From the IMG/VR virus record IMGVR_UViG_3300032092_000005, positions 32,001 through 96,000 of that record: a stretch of DNA of 64,000 nucleotides; one strand, given 5' to 3'. Positions 1 to 7,047 of this stretch are shown here, piece by piece. The position numbers and the translations under genes were made by a program. The notes under the pieces are model-generated. The model was given only the letters and a program-made list of their open reading frames with translations. It searched no databases and had not been told where the DNA came from. Position 1 is the stretch's first letter; every line of letters begins with the position of its first letter. This DNA comes from a virus.

Positions 1-21
1 TATTTTTTTTTGGAGCATGTA

Positions 22-228
22 ATGAAATTTGAAACAACAATGGATCCTAAATTCCAATTTTGGATTTTTGCTGAGTATAAACCGGGCAAGCGAGTTACTA
101 ATGATATGATAACTTTTGATACTAACCGACCGGATGTTCATGTAAACAAGTATGGCGTGATATTATTCCGATATCGGGATACAGCACAGAGATTGTTGGA
201 AAAAGATTTCCCCAATACTCGACATTAA
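22..228 (+). CDS. hypothetical protein
   Basis: ORF track 10..228; ATG at 22 follows GGAG SD. Confidence 0.55.
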   Translation: MKFETTMDPKFQFWIFAEYKPGKRVTNDMITFDTNRPDVHVNKYGVILFRYRDTAQRLLEKDFPNTRH

Positions 229-272
229 ATGGTTTTGGGTATATAATAGAGTCTTAATTAATTGGAGTTTGT

Positions 273-734
273 ATGGGTACTCGGTCTTTTATCGGTGTGA
301 TGCATGGTGATGTGTGCAAGGTTGTCTATTGCCATTGGGATGGATATCTCGAATACAATGGAAAAATTCTGTTTGAAAATTATGACAGTCCAAAAGCGAA
401 CCATTTAGTTTCTCTTGGCAACTTGTCTATCTTGGGTCCGAACATCGGCGAAAAGCACGAATTCGAATGTTCTTATGCTTATGGTACTCCTGAGTATACC
501 GCATGGCGTGAGAAAAAGTCCACTATGTGTACGTTCTATGGACGTGACCGTGGTGAAGCGGATACGGAATTTAAAACGTATACATCATTTTCTGCATTGG
601 TTGATGCATTTGAAGGATCGTGGTGCGAGTACTGCTACATCATGAAGGACGGCGTCTGGTACATGTTTAATTCTGGAAATACTAGTCTCCGCCCACTGGC
701 TGACGAACTGGCGAAATTGGACGCTGTTGCATAA
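273..734 (+). CDS. conserved phage hypothetical protein (YCHWDGY motif)
   Basis: 153 aa ORF, GGAG SD, upstream TATAAT at 242. Confidence 0.75.
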   Translation: MGTRSFIGVMHGDVCKVVYCHWDGYLEYNGKILFENYDSPKANHLVSLGNLSILGPNIGEKHEFECSYAYGTPEYTAWREKKSTMCTFYGRDRGEADTEFKTYTSFSALVDAFEGSWCEYCYIMKDGVWYMFNSGNTSLRPLADELAKLDAVA

Positions 735-786
735 AAACAACAGAACCAAAAATAGTTGTTGACATTGATTCCAGGTGTGGTATAAT
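725..786 (+). promoter_or_regulatory. sigma70-type early promoter with upstream TGTTG-N8-CAACA box
   Basis: box 725-742; TTGACA 759-764; TATAAT 781-786. Confidence 0.8.
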
Positions 787-817
787 AGAGCCTTAGACAG
801 ACAAAAGGAACATCAAA

Positions 818-1063
818 ATGCAAACAGTTAACGAGCAGTCTCTTTGGGAAATCCAAGCTTACGGTGCCAAAAAGTCTGAAATTCTTGAATCGGTTACAGA
901 ATCGATTACATTCAAGCTTTCAGGTGTCGGCATGGTGATTGCTTCTTATTTGTCCGATGCACAGGAAATGATTGAACATGGTTCGTCCAATGATGCACGA
1001 CAATACATCAACATTGCAAAAATGCTGATGATGGAATTCAACCTCGGTTTTAAGGATCGTTAA
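818..1063 (+). CDS. hypothetical protein
   Basis: 81 aa ORF with AAGGA SD after promoter. Confidence 0.7.
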   Translation: MQTVNEQSLWEIQAYGAKKSEILESVTESITFKLSGVGMVIASYLSDAQEMIEHGSSNDARQYINIAKMLMMEFNLGFKDR

Positions 1064-1067
1064 TATC

Positions 1068-1412
1068 ATGATGCTAGTTATCACTACCCAAGTCTATGAG
1101 AATTATGGCGCCCATGATTGGGACGGTGAGGGCGAGTGTCCTCAGTACTGGAAAGCTAAAGGTGGTTCTGAGTACAAGGTACTTGACATACCTCTAAATA
1201 TCGACTATAATAACCTTGTGAAGTTTGCATTGTCTGGTATTGAACAGGACAATGAACACTACCGCGAGACTATGATTAGCTGGAGCATACAGTCTGATGA
1301 CTACCTTTCATGGTTCGAAATTTCGCAGTTGGAGTATGATGGCACTATTGCGTATCCAGAACCGTCAATGACATATGAACAAGTAATGGAAAAACAGAAG
1401 GAATTAGCATGA
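1068..1412 (+). CDS. conserved phage hypothetical protein
   Basis: 114 aa ORF, ENYGAHDWDG..CPQYWKAKGG motif. Confidence 0.7.
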   Translation: MMLVITTQVYENYGAHDWDGEGECPQYWKAKGGSEYKVLDIPLNIDYNNLVKFALSGIEQDNEHYRETMISWSIQSDDYLSWFEISQLEYDGTIAYPEPSMTYEQVMEKQKELA

Positions 1413-1591
1413 GTAAAATGGCAAGTCTCCACATGGAAATGATGGAGTTAATTGAACAGGGATATGGTCCAGCTGCAATTGCTGCAATGACTAATGCTCC
1501 TCTTAATGTAGTGCAAGACTTTTTTGATACAGCTATGCGAGATAGCTGGAATGGACAAGACTATGATGAAAGTGAAATTGGAATTACCTAA
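1409..1591 (+). CDS. small hypothetical protein, possible HTH
   Basis: ATGA overlap; ELIEQGYGPAAIAAMTNAPLNVV resembles an HTH. Confidence 0.55.
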   Translation: MSKMASLHMEMMELIEQGYGPAAIAAMTNAPLNVVQDFFDTAMRDSWNGQDYDESEIGIT

Positions 1592-1697
1592 GCGAAATTT
1601 TGTTGCTAAGGATTTGCGTACTCCAAAATACCGAATGCGAGTAGTGATGGATAAACGCAAAAGAAAAGAGAAATATCCATCTAAGGAATTTGTATGA
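1563..1697 (+). CDS. small basic protein, ArfA-like N-terminal motif
   Basis: hand-translated MMKVKLELPKRNFVAKDLRTPKYRMRVVMDKRKRKEKYPSKEFV; ATGA overlap with next gene. Confidence 0.55.
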   Translation: MMKVKLELPKRNFVAKDLRTPKYRMRVVMDKRKRKEKYPSKEFV

Positions 1698-1867
1698 ATA
1701 CACTAGAAGAATTAAAAGCAAAAGCTGCTGCTATTCTGGAGTCCTGTGAGGGCTGGAAAAAGTGTCAGGATGGCTCCTACGAGATGGCACTCCATTATGC
1801 AGGATTTAATGAAGTGATGAAGCAAATACGGGAATACAAGGAATGTTGGAATGAACGAACAAATTGA
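1694..1867 (+). CDS. hypothetical protein
   Basis: hand-translated 57 aa MNTLEELKAK..., AAGGA SD. Confidence 0.55.
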   Translation: MNTLEELKAKAAAILESCEGWKKCQDGSYEMALHYAGFNEVMKQIREYKECWNERTN

Positions 1868-2081
1868 AAAACTTTTAGACCAGTGTCAAATTGAAACATA
1901 TGGTGTAAATGGTGAATTGTTAGAGTTTGGATTTGATGCTGAAAAGTTTGCCGAGTTGATTGTGCGGGAATGTAAAGAGAACTTTGCCAAAGTTTGGTAT
2001 GAACAAGGTTTGGATATTCGTGGTGCAGAACTTGGTAAGTTTCTGACACGGTTTGAGGAACATTTTGGAGTTGAAGAATGA
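1851..2081 (+). CDS. MNERI-family small protein (paralog 1)
   Basis: EKFAELIVREC...HFGVEE shared with two paralogs. Confidence 0.75.
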   Translation: MNEQIEKLLDQCQIETYGVNGELLEFGFDAEKFAELIVRECKENFAKVWYEQGLDIRGAELGKFLTRFEEHFGVEE

Positions 2082-2302
2082 ACGAACGAATTCAAAAACT
2101 TGCTGAACAGGCTACAACAACAGTATCAGCCGTGCCCAACGAGTCAATGGCCTGGACTTATTTCGATACTGAAAAGTTCGCCGAGTTGATTGTGAAAGAA
2201 TGTGCTGATGTTGCTTGGATGAATACTCCAGAAACTGAAGAACTAGAATATAGTCATCTAATTAGTAACAAAATTAAACAACATTTTGGAGTTGAAGAAT
2301 GA
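2078..2302 (+). CDS. MNERI-family small protein (paralog 2)
   Basis: same conserved blocks; ATGA overlap. Confidence 0.75.
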   Translation: MNERIQKLAEQATTTVSAVPNESMAWTYFDTEKFAELIVKECADVAWMNTPETEELEYSHLISNKIKQHFGVEE

Positions 2303-2472
2303 AAGTATATACAGTTATTGTTATTGATCCCGCAGGTGATATTCACGAGTTATTTGTATTCACAGATGAGACTGCATCAATTAATTGTGACCGCGACATG
2401 AGGTTATCTGAATTTTACAAAGATTGGAACATTATCTGGGGATTTTCAGAAGTAGATTCATATTTAGGTTAG
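2299..2472 (+). CDS. hypothetical protein
   Basis: hand-translated 57 aa MKVYTVIVIDPAGD..., ATGA overlap. Confidence 0.5.
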   Translation: MKVYTVIVIDPAGDIHELFVFTDETASINCDRDMRLSEFYKDWNIIWGFSEVDSYLG

Positions 2473-2482
2473 GAGTTGTACC

Positions 2483-2740
2483 ATGAACGAACGAATTAAA
2501 CAACTTTGGTCGCAGGCTGGAGGTCGCTATGATAGCGGCAATCAACATACTTGGCCAGAGTATACAATTGATGATCCTAAAAAGTTCGCCGAGTTGATTG
2601 TGCGAGAATGTATGCAAGTTTGTAAAAAGACTGAACAATACGAAGTCGGCAATCAAGATCCGGTTGAAGTTGGGTGTATACGAGCAGGTGCTGTATTCTG
2701 TCGTGAAGAGATTAAAGAACATTTTGGAGTTAAAGAATGA
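2483..2740 (+). CDS. MNERI-family small protein (paralog 3)
   Basis: same conserved blocks; AGGAG SD. Confidence 0.75.
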   Translation: MNERIKQLWSQAGGRYDSGNQHTWPEYTIDDPKKFAELIVRECMQVCKKTEQYEVGNQDPVEVGCIRAGAVFCREEIKEHFGVKE

Positions 2741-2940
2741 GCAGAGGATTAGAAATTGATTATGAGACTGCGGATCGAATTACAGTCTTGACTTTAAAAG
2801 AACATGTAGAATATCTGAAAGAGGAATTGCGTCAGCACGTTGAACAAGAAACGTGGATGCATTCAGAAGATGTAGTTGATACTCCTATACGTATTTCTCA
2901 ACTAGAAGCCGTCATCAAGTATTTTGGTGGTTCGGTATAA
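2737..2940 (+). CDS. hypothetical protein
   Basis: 67 aa ORF, ATGA overlap. Confidence 0.6.
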   Translation: MSRGLEIDYETADRITVLTLKEHVEYLKEELRQHVEQETWMHSEDVVDTPIRISQLEAVIKYFGGSV

Positions 2941-3017
2941 AAATATTTTTAAAAATGTATAGTAATTTACATTCCGAATGCATATATACTATACATGGTT
3001 ATACATTATGAAAAGAG

Positions 3018-3311
3018 TTGAATGTGAATGAAATTGAAAATGAAATTTTGCTGATTGCACAAGAAGAATGCGCAGAAGTAACGCAAGCAATTAGTAAAGT
3101 TTTTAGATTCGGCATTGATGGTAAACACTTAGGTGTAACCAACAGAAGCCGATTAGAAGAAGAGTGTGGAGATTTGCTATGCATGATTTCCCTAATGATC
3201 GATAAAGGTATCATTAGCGAGACTGCAACATATCAAGCATCCATGGATAAAAAAGATAAGTTAATTAAATGGTCTGGTATTTTTAAGGAAGAAAAAGTTG
3301 AAACAACCTAA
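3018..3311 (+). CDS. MazG-like nucleotide pyrophosphohydrolase
   Basis: EECAE..QAISK and LEEE.GDL acidic motifs. Confidence 0.7.
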   Translation: MNVNEIENEILLIAQEECAEVTQAISKVFRFGIDGKHLGVTNRSRLEEECGDLLCMISLMIDKGIISETATYQASMDKKDKLIKWSGIFKEEKVETT

Positions 3312-3465
3312 GAGTTTATCGTTAGTCAGTATAGCAAGACATATGCCAAAATCATGGCAGGGATGCACACGCTATAATATGGCAACGGCAACATTGGGCG
3401 CGGACTTTAATAACTCCCTTATTGCTGAACCTAGTCAGAGGCTTTTTGAAAGCGCAGTCGAATAA
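3298..3465 (+). CDS. putative 55-codon leader peptide (attenuator)
   Basis: TTG start 6 nt after AAGGAAG; overlaps antiterminator arm 3438-3448. Confidence 0.5.
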   Translation: MKQPKSLSLVSIARHMPKSWQGCTRYNMATATLGADFNNSLIAEPSQRLFESAVE

Positions 3466-3487
3466 CACAACACCCGACTACCCTACC

Positions 3488-3524
3488 AAAAAGCCTCAAG
3501 ACAAAAAATCTTGAGGCTTTTTTT
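3488..3524 (+). terminator. intrinsic terminator with alternative antiterminator pairing
   Basis: AAAAAGCCTCAAGA-7nt-TCTTGAGGCTTTTT plus U-tract; the 5' arm also pairs with 3438-3448. Confidence 0.8.
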
Positions 3525-3526
3525 AT

Positions 3527-3589
3527 TGTGACTTAAAAACAACACTTCTTAAAAAAAGTGTTGACAACCAAGAAGATGCATGTTATCAT
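3527..3589 (+). promoter_or_regulatory. tRNA operon promoter with TGTGA-N8-CAACA box
   Basis: box 3527-3544; TTGACA 3561-3566; TG-N-TATCAT 3584-3589. Confidence 0.75.
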
Positions 3590-3617
3590 ACGTGTATCGA
3601 TTGAGAAATCAATCACT

Positions 3618-3630
3618 TGCTCCTTAACAA
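3618..3630 (+). promoter_or_regulatory. boxA-like antitermination element
   Basis: TGCTCCTTAACAA vs rrn boxA TGCTCTTTAACA, between promoter and first tRNA. Confidence 0.65.
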
Positions 3631-3649
3631 TTTGTATCCATATTTTTAT

Positions 3650-3723
3650 TCCCGAGTAGTGTAGTGGTAACACACCAGACTTTGACTCTGTTATTGTAAG
3701 TTCGATTCTTACCTCGGGTGCCA
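3650..3723 (+). tRNA. tRNA-Gln(TTG)
   Basis: cloverleaf, CT-TTG-AC loop, CCA. Confidence 0.9.
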
Positions 3724-3725
3724 GT

Positions 3726-3800
3726 GGTGATATAGCACAGTGGAAGTGCAACTCCTTCATACGGAGTAGGTCGTTGGTTCGAATCCAACTATCACCACCA
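3726..3800 (+). tRNA. tRNA-Met(CAT), probably elongator
   Basis: GGTGATA/TATCACC acceptor, TT-CAT-AC loop. Confidence 0.9.
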
Positions 3801-3841
3801 TATAAAAACACATTCCTATTTTTAGTGTGTTTCTATATGGT
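3797..3841 (+). ncRNA. CCA-anchored stem element, copy A (minimal)
   Basis: ACCATATAAAAACACATT...AGTGTGTTTCTATATGGT. Confidence 0.55.
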
Positions 3842-3869
3842 TGACATGCAATCATTACCGTGTTACAAT
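3841..3869 (+). promoter_or_regulatory. sigma70-type promoter
   Basis: TTGACA-17-TACAAT with extended TG. Confidence 0.75.
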
Positions 3870-3896
3870 AACACATCAACAAAAAAAGGAAGCGAC

Positions 3897-3920
3897 ATGA
3901 AACGTTCAGGTAAACGATAG
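3897..3920 (+). CDS. minigene MKRSGKR followed by hairpin
   Basis: AAGGAAG SD, own promoter, hairpin 3920-3959. Confidence 0.4.
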   Translation: MKRSGKR

Positions 3921-3985
3921 TGTCAACTTTTGATCCCATGTATGGTCTTAAGTTGGCACGTAAAAGAAAATTCAATACGTAACAA

Positions 3986-4060
3986 CCACTCTAAACTTTG
4001 GCGGTGAAGTCCTGCCTCTTAAGCAGCGAGAATTGAGTTCGAATCTCAAAGAGTGGACCA
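3986..4060 (+). tRNA. tRNA-Lys(CTT), atypical
   Basis: CCACTCT/AGAGTGG acceptor, CT-CTT-AA loop, TTCGAAT T-loop; A at position 8. Confidence 0.8.
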
Positions 4061-4065
4061 TACAT

Positions 4066-4141
4066 GGGATCGTGGTGAAATGGTTATCACAGCAGACTTT
4101 TAATCTGCCAGTTTCGGGTTCGAGTCCCGGCGGTCCTACCA
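4066..4141 (+). tRNA. tRNA-Lys(TTT)
   Basis: cloverleaf, CT-TTT-AA loop. Confidence 0.92.
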
Positions 4142-4228
4142 TATAAAAACACATTAAGCACCTCGTACGGTGTTAGGGAAGTTCATGCATGGCGACTCGG
4201 CGCAGGCTATAATGTGTTTCTATATGGT
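4138..4228 (+). ncRNA. CCA-anchored stem element, copy B
   Basis: ACCATATAAAAACACATTA...TAATGTGTTTCTATATGGT enclosing a ~53 nt insert. Confidence 0.6.
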
Positions 4229-4300
4229 GACGTTAGTTTAGTGGCAAAACCGCGGGTTGTGATTCCGCTATCATGGGTTCGATTCCCATACGACACCCCA
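4226..4300 (+). tRNA. tRNA-His(GTG)
   Basis: G-1, C73, TT-GTG-AT loop. Confidence 0.9.
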
Positions 4301-4311
4301 AAGATTTTTAT

Positions 4312-4386
4312 GCCTCGTTAGCTCAGTGGTAGAGCAGTGCTTTTACACGGCGAAGGTCGGCAGTTCGAAACTGTCACGAGGTACCA
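4312..4386 (+). tRNA. tRNA-Val(TAC)
   Basis: cloverleaf, TT-TAC-AC loop. Confidence 0.9.
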
Positions 4387-4391
4387 ATAAT

Positions 4392-4467
4392 GCCAGGATA
4401 GCTCAGTTGGTAGAGCACTTGTTTGAAGCACAAGGTGTGGGCGGTTCGATCCCGTCTCCTGGTACCA
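4392..4467 (+). tRNA. tRNA-Phe(GAA)
   Basis: cloverleaf, TT-GAA-GC loop. Confidence 0.92.
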
Positions 4468-4477
4468 GAAATGATAT

Positions 4478-4552
4478 GTGCCTTTAGTAAAATGGATATT
4501 ACACAACGCTACGAACGTTGGAGTGGGAGTTCGATTCTCTCAGGGCGCACCA
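4478..4552 (+). tRNA. tRNA-Arg(ACG)
   Basis: cloverleaf, CT-ACG-AA loop. Confidence 0.92.
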
Positions 4553-4562
4553 AGAGATATAT

Positions 4563-4654
4563 GGAAGATGATGCAGCGGGGTTGGTCCTGCGACTGGCCT
4601 TGAAAACCAGGTTCTCAGAAATGGGATGGGGTTCGACTCCTCCGTCTTCCGCCA
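4563..4654 (+). tRNA. tRNA-Ser(TGA), 8/4 cloverleaf
   Basis: 8-bp acceptor GGAAGATG/CGTCTTCC, 4-bp T-stem, long V-arm, G73. Confidence 0.85.
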
Positions 4655-4655
4655 G

Positions 4656-4684
4656 TTGACAATGAAGCTTGATTGTGATACAAT
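4656..4684 (+). promoter_or_regulatory. sigma70-type promoter for small-RNA/DUF2828 unit, inside an inverted repeat
   Basis: TTGACA-17-TACAAT; CAATGAAGCT...AGCTTCATTG. Confidence 0.75.
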
Positions 4685-4703
4685 AGCTTCATTGTAGAGT
4701 TTT

Positions 4704-4866
4704 AGGATAGGTACAGCAACCCACTAATACCGAATCGTTTAGTCACTGTGGTAAAAAACTGGAGTACGGAGTCTTGACCGAGTACGTTGAAGGTTTGACA
4801 CTGAAACATACTAAGCAAGGAGAGTTTCGATTTTCTCTCTGTAAACAAAAAGTAGACAACTATCCT
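4704..4866 (+). ncRNA. Y-RNA-like small RNA, copy 1
   Basis: AGGATAG-GTACAGCAA...CTATCCT-GTT terminal stem. Confidence 0.7.
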
Positions 4867-4884
4867 GTTATATTTGAAAGTTTT

Positions 4885-5014
4885 AGGATCGGTACAGCAA
4901 CATTAATCTTTACTAAAAGATGGTTCGAGCTAGTTTAAGGCAATAACACCCTTATTTCTTGAACCCACGTGAGTTTCGAATTCTCACTCGAAAGAAAAAG
5001 TAGAAACCGATCCT
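4885..5014 (+). ncRNA. Y-RNA-like small RNA, copy 2
   Basis: AGGATCGG-TACAGCAA...CCGATCCT-GTT. Confidence 0.7.
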
Positions 5015-5024
5015 GTTGTATTTT

Positions 5025-5146
5025 AGGTTAAGTTCCGCAAAACAAAATATGCAAACATAAACCGAAAGTCTGGTTCGATTCCAGCTAGGGCACGTAGTGT
5101 CTTAGTAGTGTAATGGCAGCACATTGGTACGCAAAAAGTTTAACCT
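5025..5146 (+). ncRNA. YrlA-like RNA with circularly permuted tRNA domain, copy 3
   Basis: AGGTTAAG-TTCCGCAA...TTTAACCT; T-arm, loop-closed acceptor and D-arm in permuted order. Confidence 0.75.
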
Positions 5147-5167
5147 GTTGATTTGAAAGGAAATATT

Positions 5168-6607
5168 ATGTCAACATTTGTAGAAGCCGTAGTAAACCAA
5201 GAAGCCCGTACTGCCAATGGCATGAAGGCACGTAAGTCCACTGCTAATGCGGTTGTAGATTTATTCTACAATGCAGGTGCAAGCCGTGGTAAGAATATTG
5301 TTCCTGCATTCGCAGCAGCATTTGCGCAAGACCGTGATCTAGCATTGCGCGTAGCCGCCTGGTTGCGTGATGTGCGTAGCGGTGCAGGTGAACGTCAATT
5401 GTTCCGTGATATCTTAGGGTATCTGGAAAACAATGATCGTGTAGCAGCAAAGGCACTTGTTGCAAAGGTTCCTGAATTGGGACGTTGGGATGACTTGTTC
5501 ATCTTCAATTCTAAGGAAATGAAGGAAGCAGCATACACATTGCTTGGTGACGCATTGCGTGAAAAGAATGGCCTTGCAGCTAAGTGGACACCTCGTCAAG
5601 GCAAGCTTGCAGCAGAAATTCGTACATTCTTCGGAATGTCGCCAAAGTTCTACCGCAAGTCTCTAGTTGAAATGACTAACGTTGTTGAAACTAACATGTG
5701 TGCAAAGGACTGGGACGGGATTAACTTCTCGCATGTTCCATCTGTAGCAGCATCGCGGTACAAGAAGGCATTCAACCGTAACACTCCAGCTTATGCAGCA
5801 TACGTTGCAGAGTTGATGAAGGATCCAAAAGATCGTACAGTTGAAGTGAAGGTTAATGCTGGTGCAGTGTACCCATATGATGTACTGAAAGGTCGCATCT
5901 CTGGTTATGGTGTGTCGTTTGACAAGACAGAATTGGATCTGATCCAAAAGCAATGGGAAGCACTACCTAACTTTGTTGGGGATGCAAACATTCTGCCTTT
6001 GGTTGACGTTTCTGGTTCTATGACTTGTCCAGCAGGTGGATCAGGCTCAAAGTCTAAGCTGACTTGCCTGGAAGTTGCAGTCTCTCTGGGATTGTATCTT
6101 GCAGACAAGAACAAGGGTAAGTTCAAGGATACGTTCTTGACTTTTTCTAACAAGCCAGAGTTGATGACTTTGAAGGGCAACATCAATGAGAAGATCAGCC
6201 AAATGGTTTCTTCTGATTGGGGAATGACTACTGACTTGAATCGTGCGTTTGACAAAATCCTTAGTGTAGCAATTAAGGGCAATGTGCCAAACAGTGAAAT
6301 GCCAGAAATGTTGCTGATCCTTTCGGACATGCAATTCAATTCTTGTGTTGCACATGACGATTCGGCTATCGAAATGATGGCACGTAAGTACGAAGCAGCA
6401 GGATACGCCTTACCAAAGGTTGTGTTCTGGAACTTGAATGCTGCATACGGCAATGCGCCTGTGAAGTTTGACAAGTCTGGCACTGCATTGGTTTCGGGGT
6501 TCTCTCCAGCCATTGTTAAGCCTCTGCTATCTGGCGACATGGAAGACTTTTCACCAGAGGCTGTGATGTTGAAGACAATCATGGATGACCGTTATACTGT
6601 GATTTAA
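5168..6607 (+). CDS. DUF2828-type Ro60/TROVE-like protein with C-terminal vWA domain
   Basis: RDVRSGAGER, PELGRWDDL, AKWTPR, MIDAS DVSGS, SDMQF, VFWNL, SGFSP motifs; AAAGGA SD. Confidence 0.85.
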   Translation: MSTFVEAVVNQEARTANGMKARKSTANAVVDLFYNAGASRGKNIVPAFAAAFAQDRDLALRVAAWLRDVRSGAGERQLFRDILGYLENNDRVAAKALVAKVPELGRWDDLFIFNSKEMKEAAYTLLGDALREKNGLAAKWTPRQGKLAAEIRTFFGMSPKFYRKSLVEMTNVVETNMCAKDWDGINFSHVPSVAASRYKKAFNRNTPAYAAYVAELMKDPKDRTVEVKVNAGAVYPYDVLKGRISGYGVSFDKTELDLIQKQWEALPNFVGDANILPLVDVSGSMTCPAGGSGSKSKLTCLEVAVSLGLYLADKNKGKFKDTFLTFSNKPELMTLKGNINEKISQMVSSDWGMTTDLNRAFDKILSVAIKGNVPNSEMPEMLLILSDMQFNSCVAHDDSAIEMMARKYEAAGYALPKVVFWNLNAAYGNAPVKFDKSGTALVSGFSPAIVKPLLSGDMEDFSPEAVMLKTIMDDRYTVI

Positions 6608-6687
6608 AAATCTAAGTATAACTCCGAGGATTCGAAAGAGTCCTCATTTTGAAGTGTGCTGATAGTGCATTTCAAAATGAAAAATAA

Positions 6688-6775
6688 GGAAGACTCCCAT
6701 AATGGTATTGGAGCGGCTTGCTAAGCCGTCGGTCGTTAAATCGGCTTCGGGGTTCGAGTCCCCGGTCTTCCGCCA
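6688..6775 (+). tRNA. tRNA-Ser(GCT)
   Basis: TT-GCT-AA loop, long V-arm, G73. Confidence 0.9.
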
Positions 6776-6850
6776 TACACAATGTACGCTATAATGTACA
6801 TTAACAGTGGTTTTTGTTCATAATGGGCGTTTTTATGCCTCTTATGACAG

Positions 6851-6911
6851 TGTTGTATTTTTGCAACAGACACAAAAAAAGTGTTGACAAATCTTCTGAT
6901 CCTGTTATACT
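6851..6911 (+). promoter_or_regulatory. second tRNA operon promoter with TGTTG-N8-CAACA box
   Basis: box 6851-6868; TTGACA 6884; TATACT 6906. Confidence 0.8.
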
Positions 6912-6943
6912 AGATTCTGTTGAGTTGATAGTGATTCAACAAA

Positions 6944-6956
6944 AGTTCTTTAAAAA
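6944..6956 (+). promoter_or_regulatory. boxA-like element
   Basis: AGTTCTTTAAAAA between promoter and tRNA-Glu. Confidence 0.6.
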
Positions 6957-6972
6957 GTTAAGTGTGATTTTT

Positions 6973-7047
6973 GCTCAGTTCGACTATCGGTCAGGTCGCT
7001 AGACTTTCAATCTGGAAAGACGGGTTCGACTCCCGTACTGAGCACCA
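6973..7047 (+). tRNA. tRNA-Glu(TTC)
   Basis: cloverleaf, CT-TTC-AA loop. Confidence 0.9.

Noticed and set aside
4563-4654. tRNA-Sec (selC-like ends GGAAGAT...TCTTCCGCCA)
   Set aside because: The anticodon is TGA (Ser), not TCA, and the T-stem is 4 bp.
5905-6582. 225-aa antisense ORF inside the DUF2828 gene
   Set aside because: Antisense shadow of a codon-biased gene, with no motifs.
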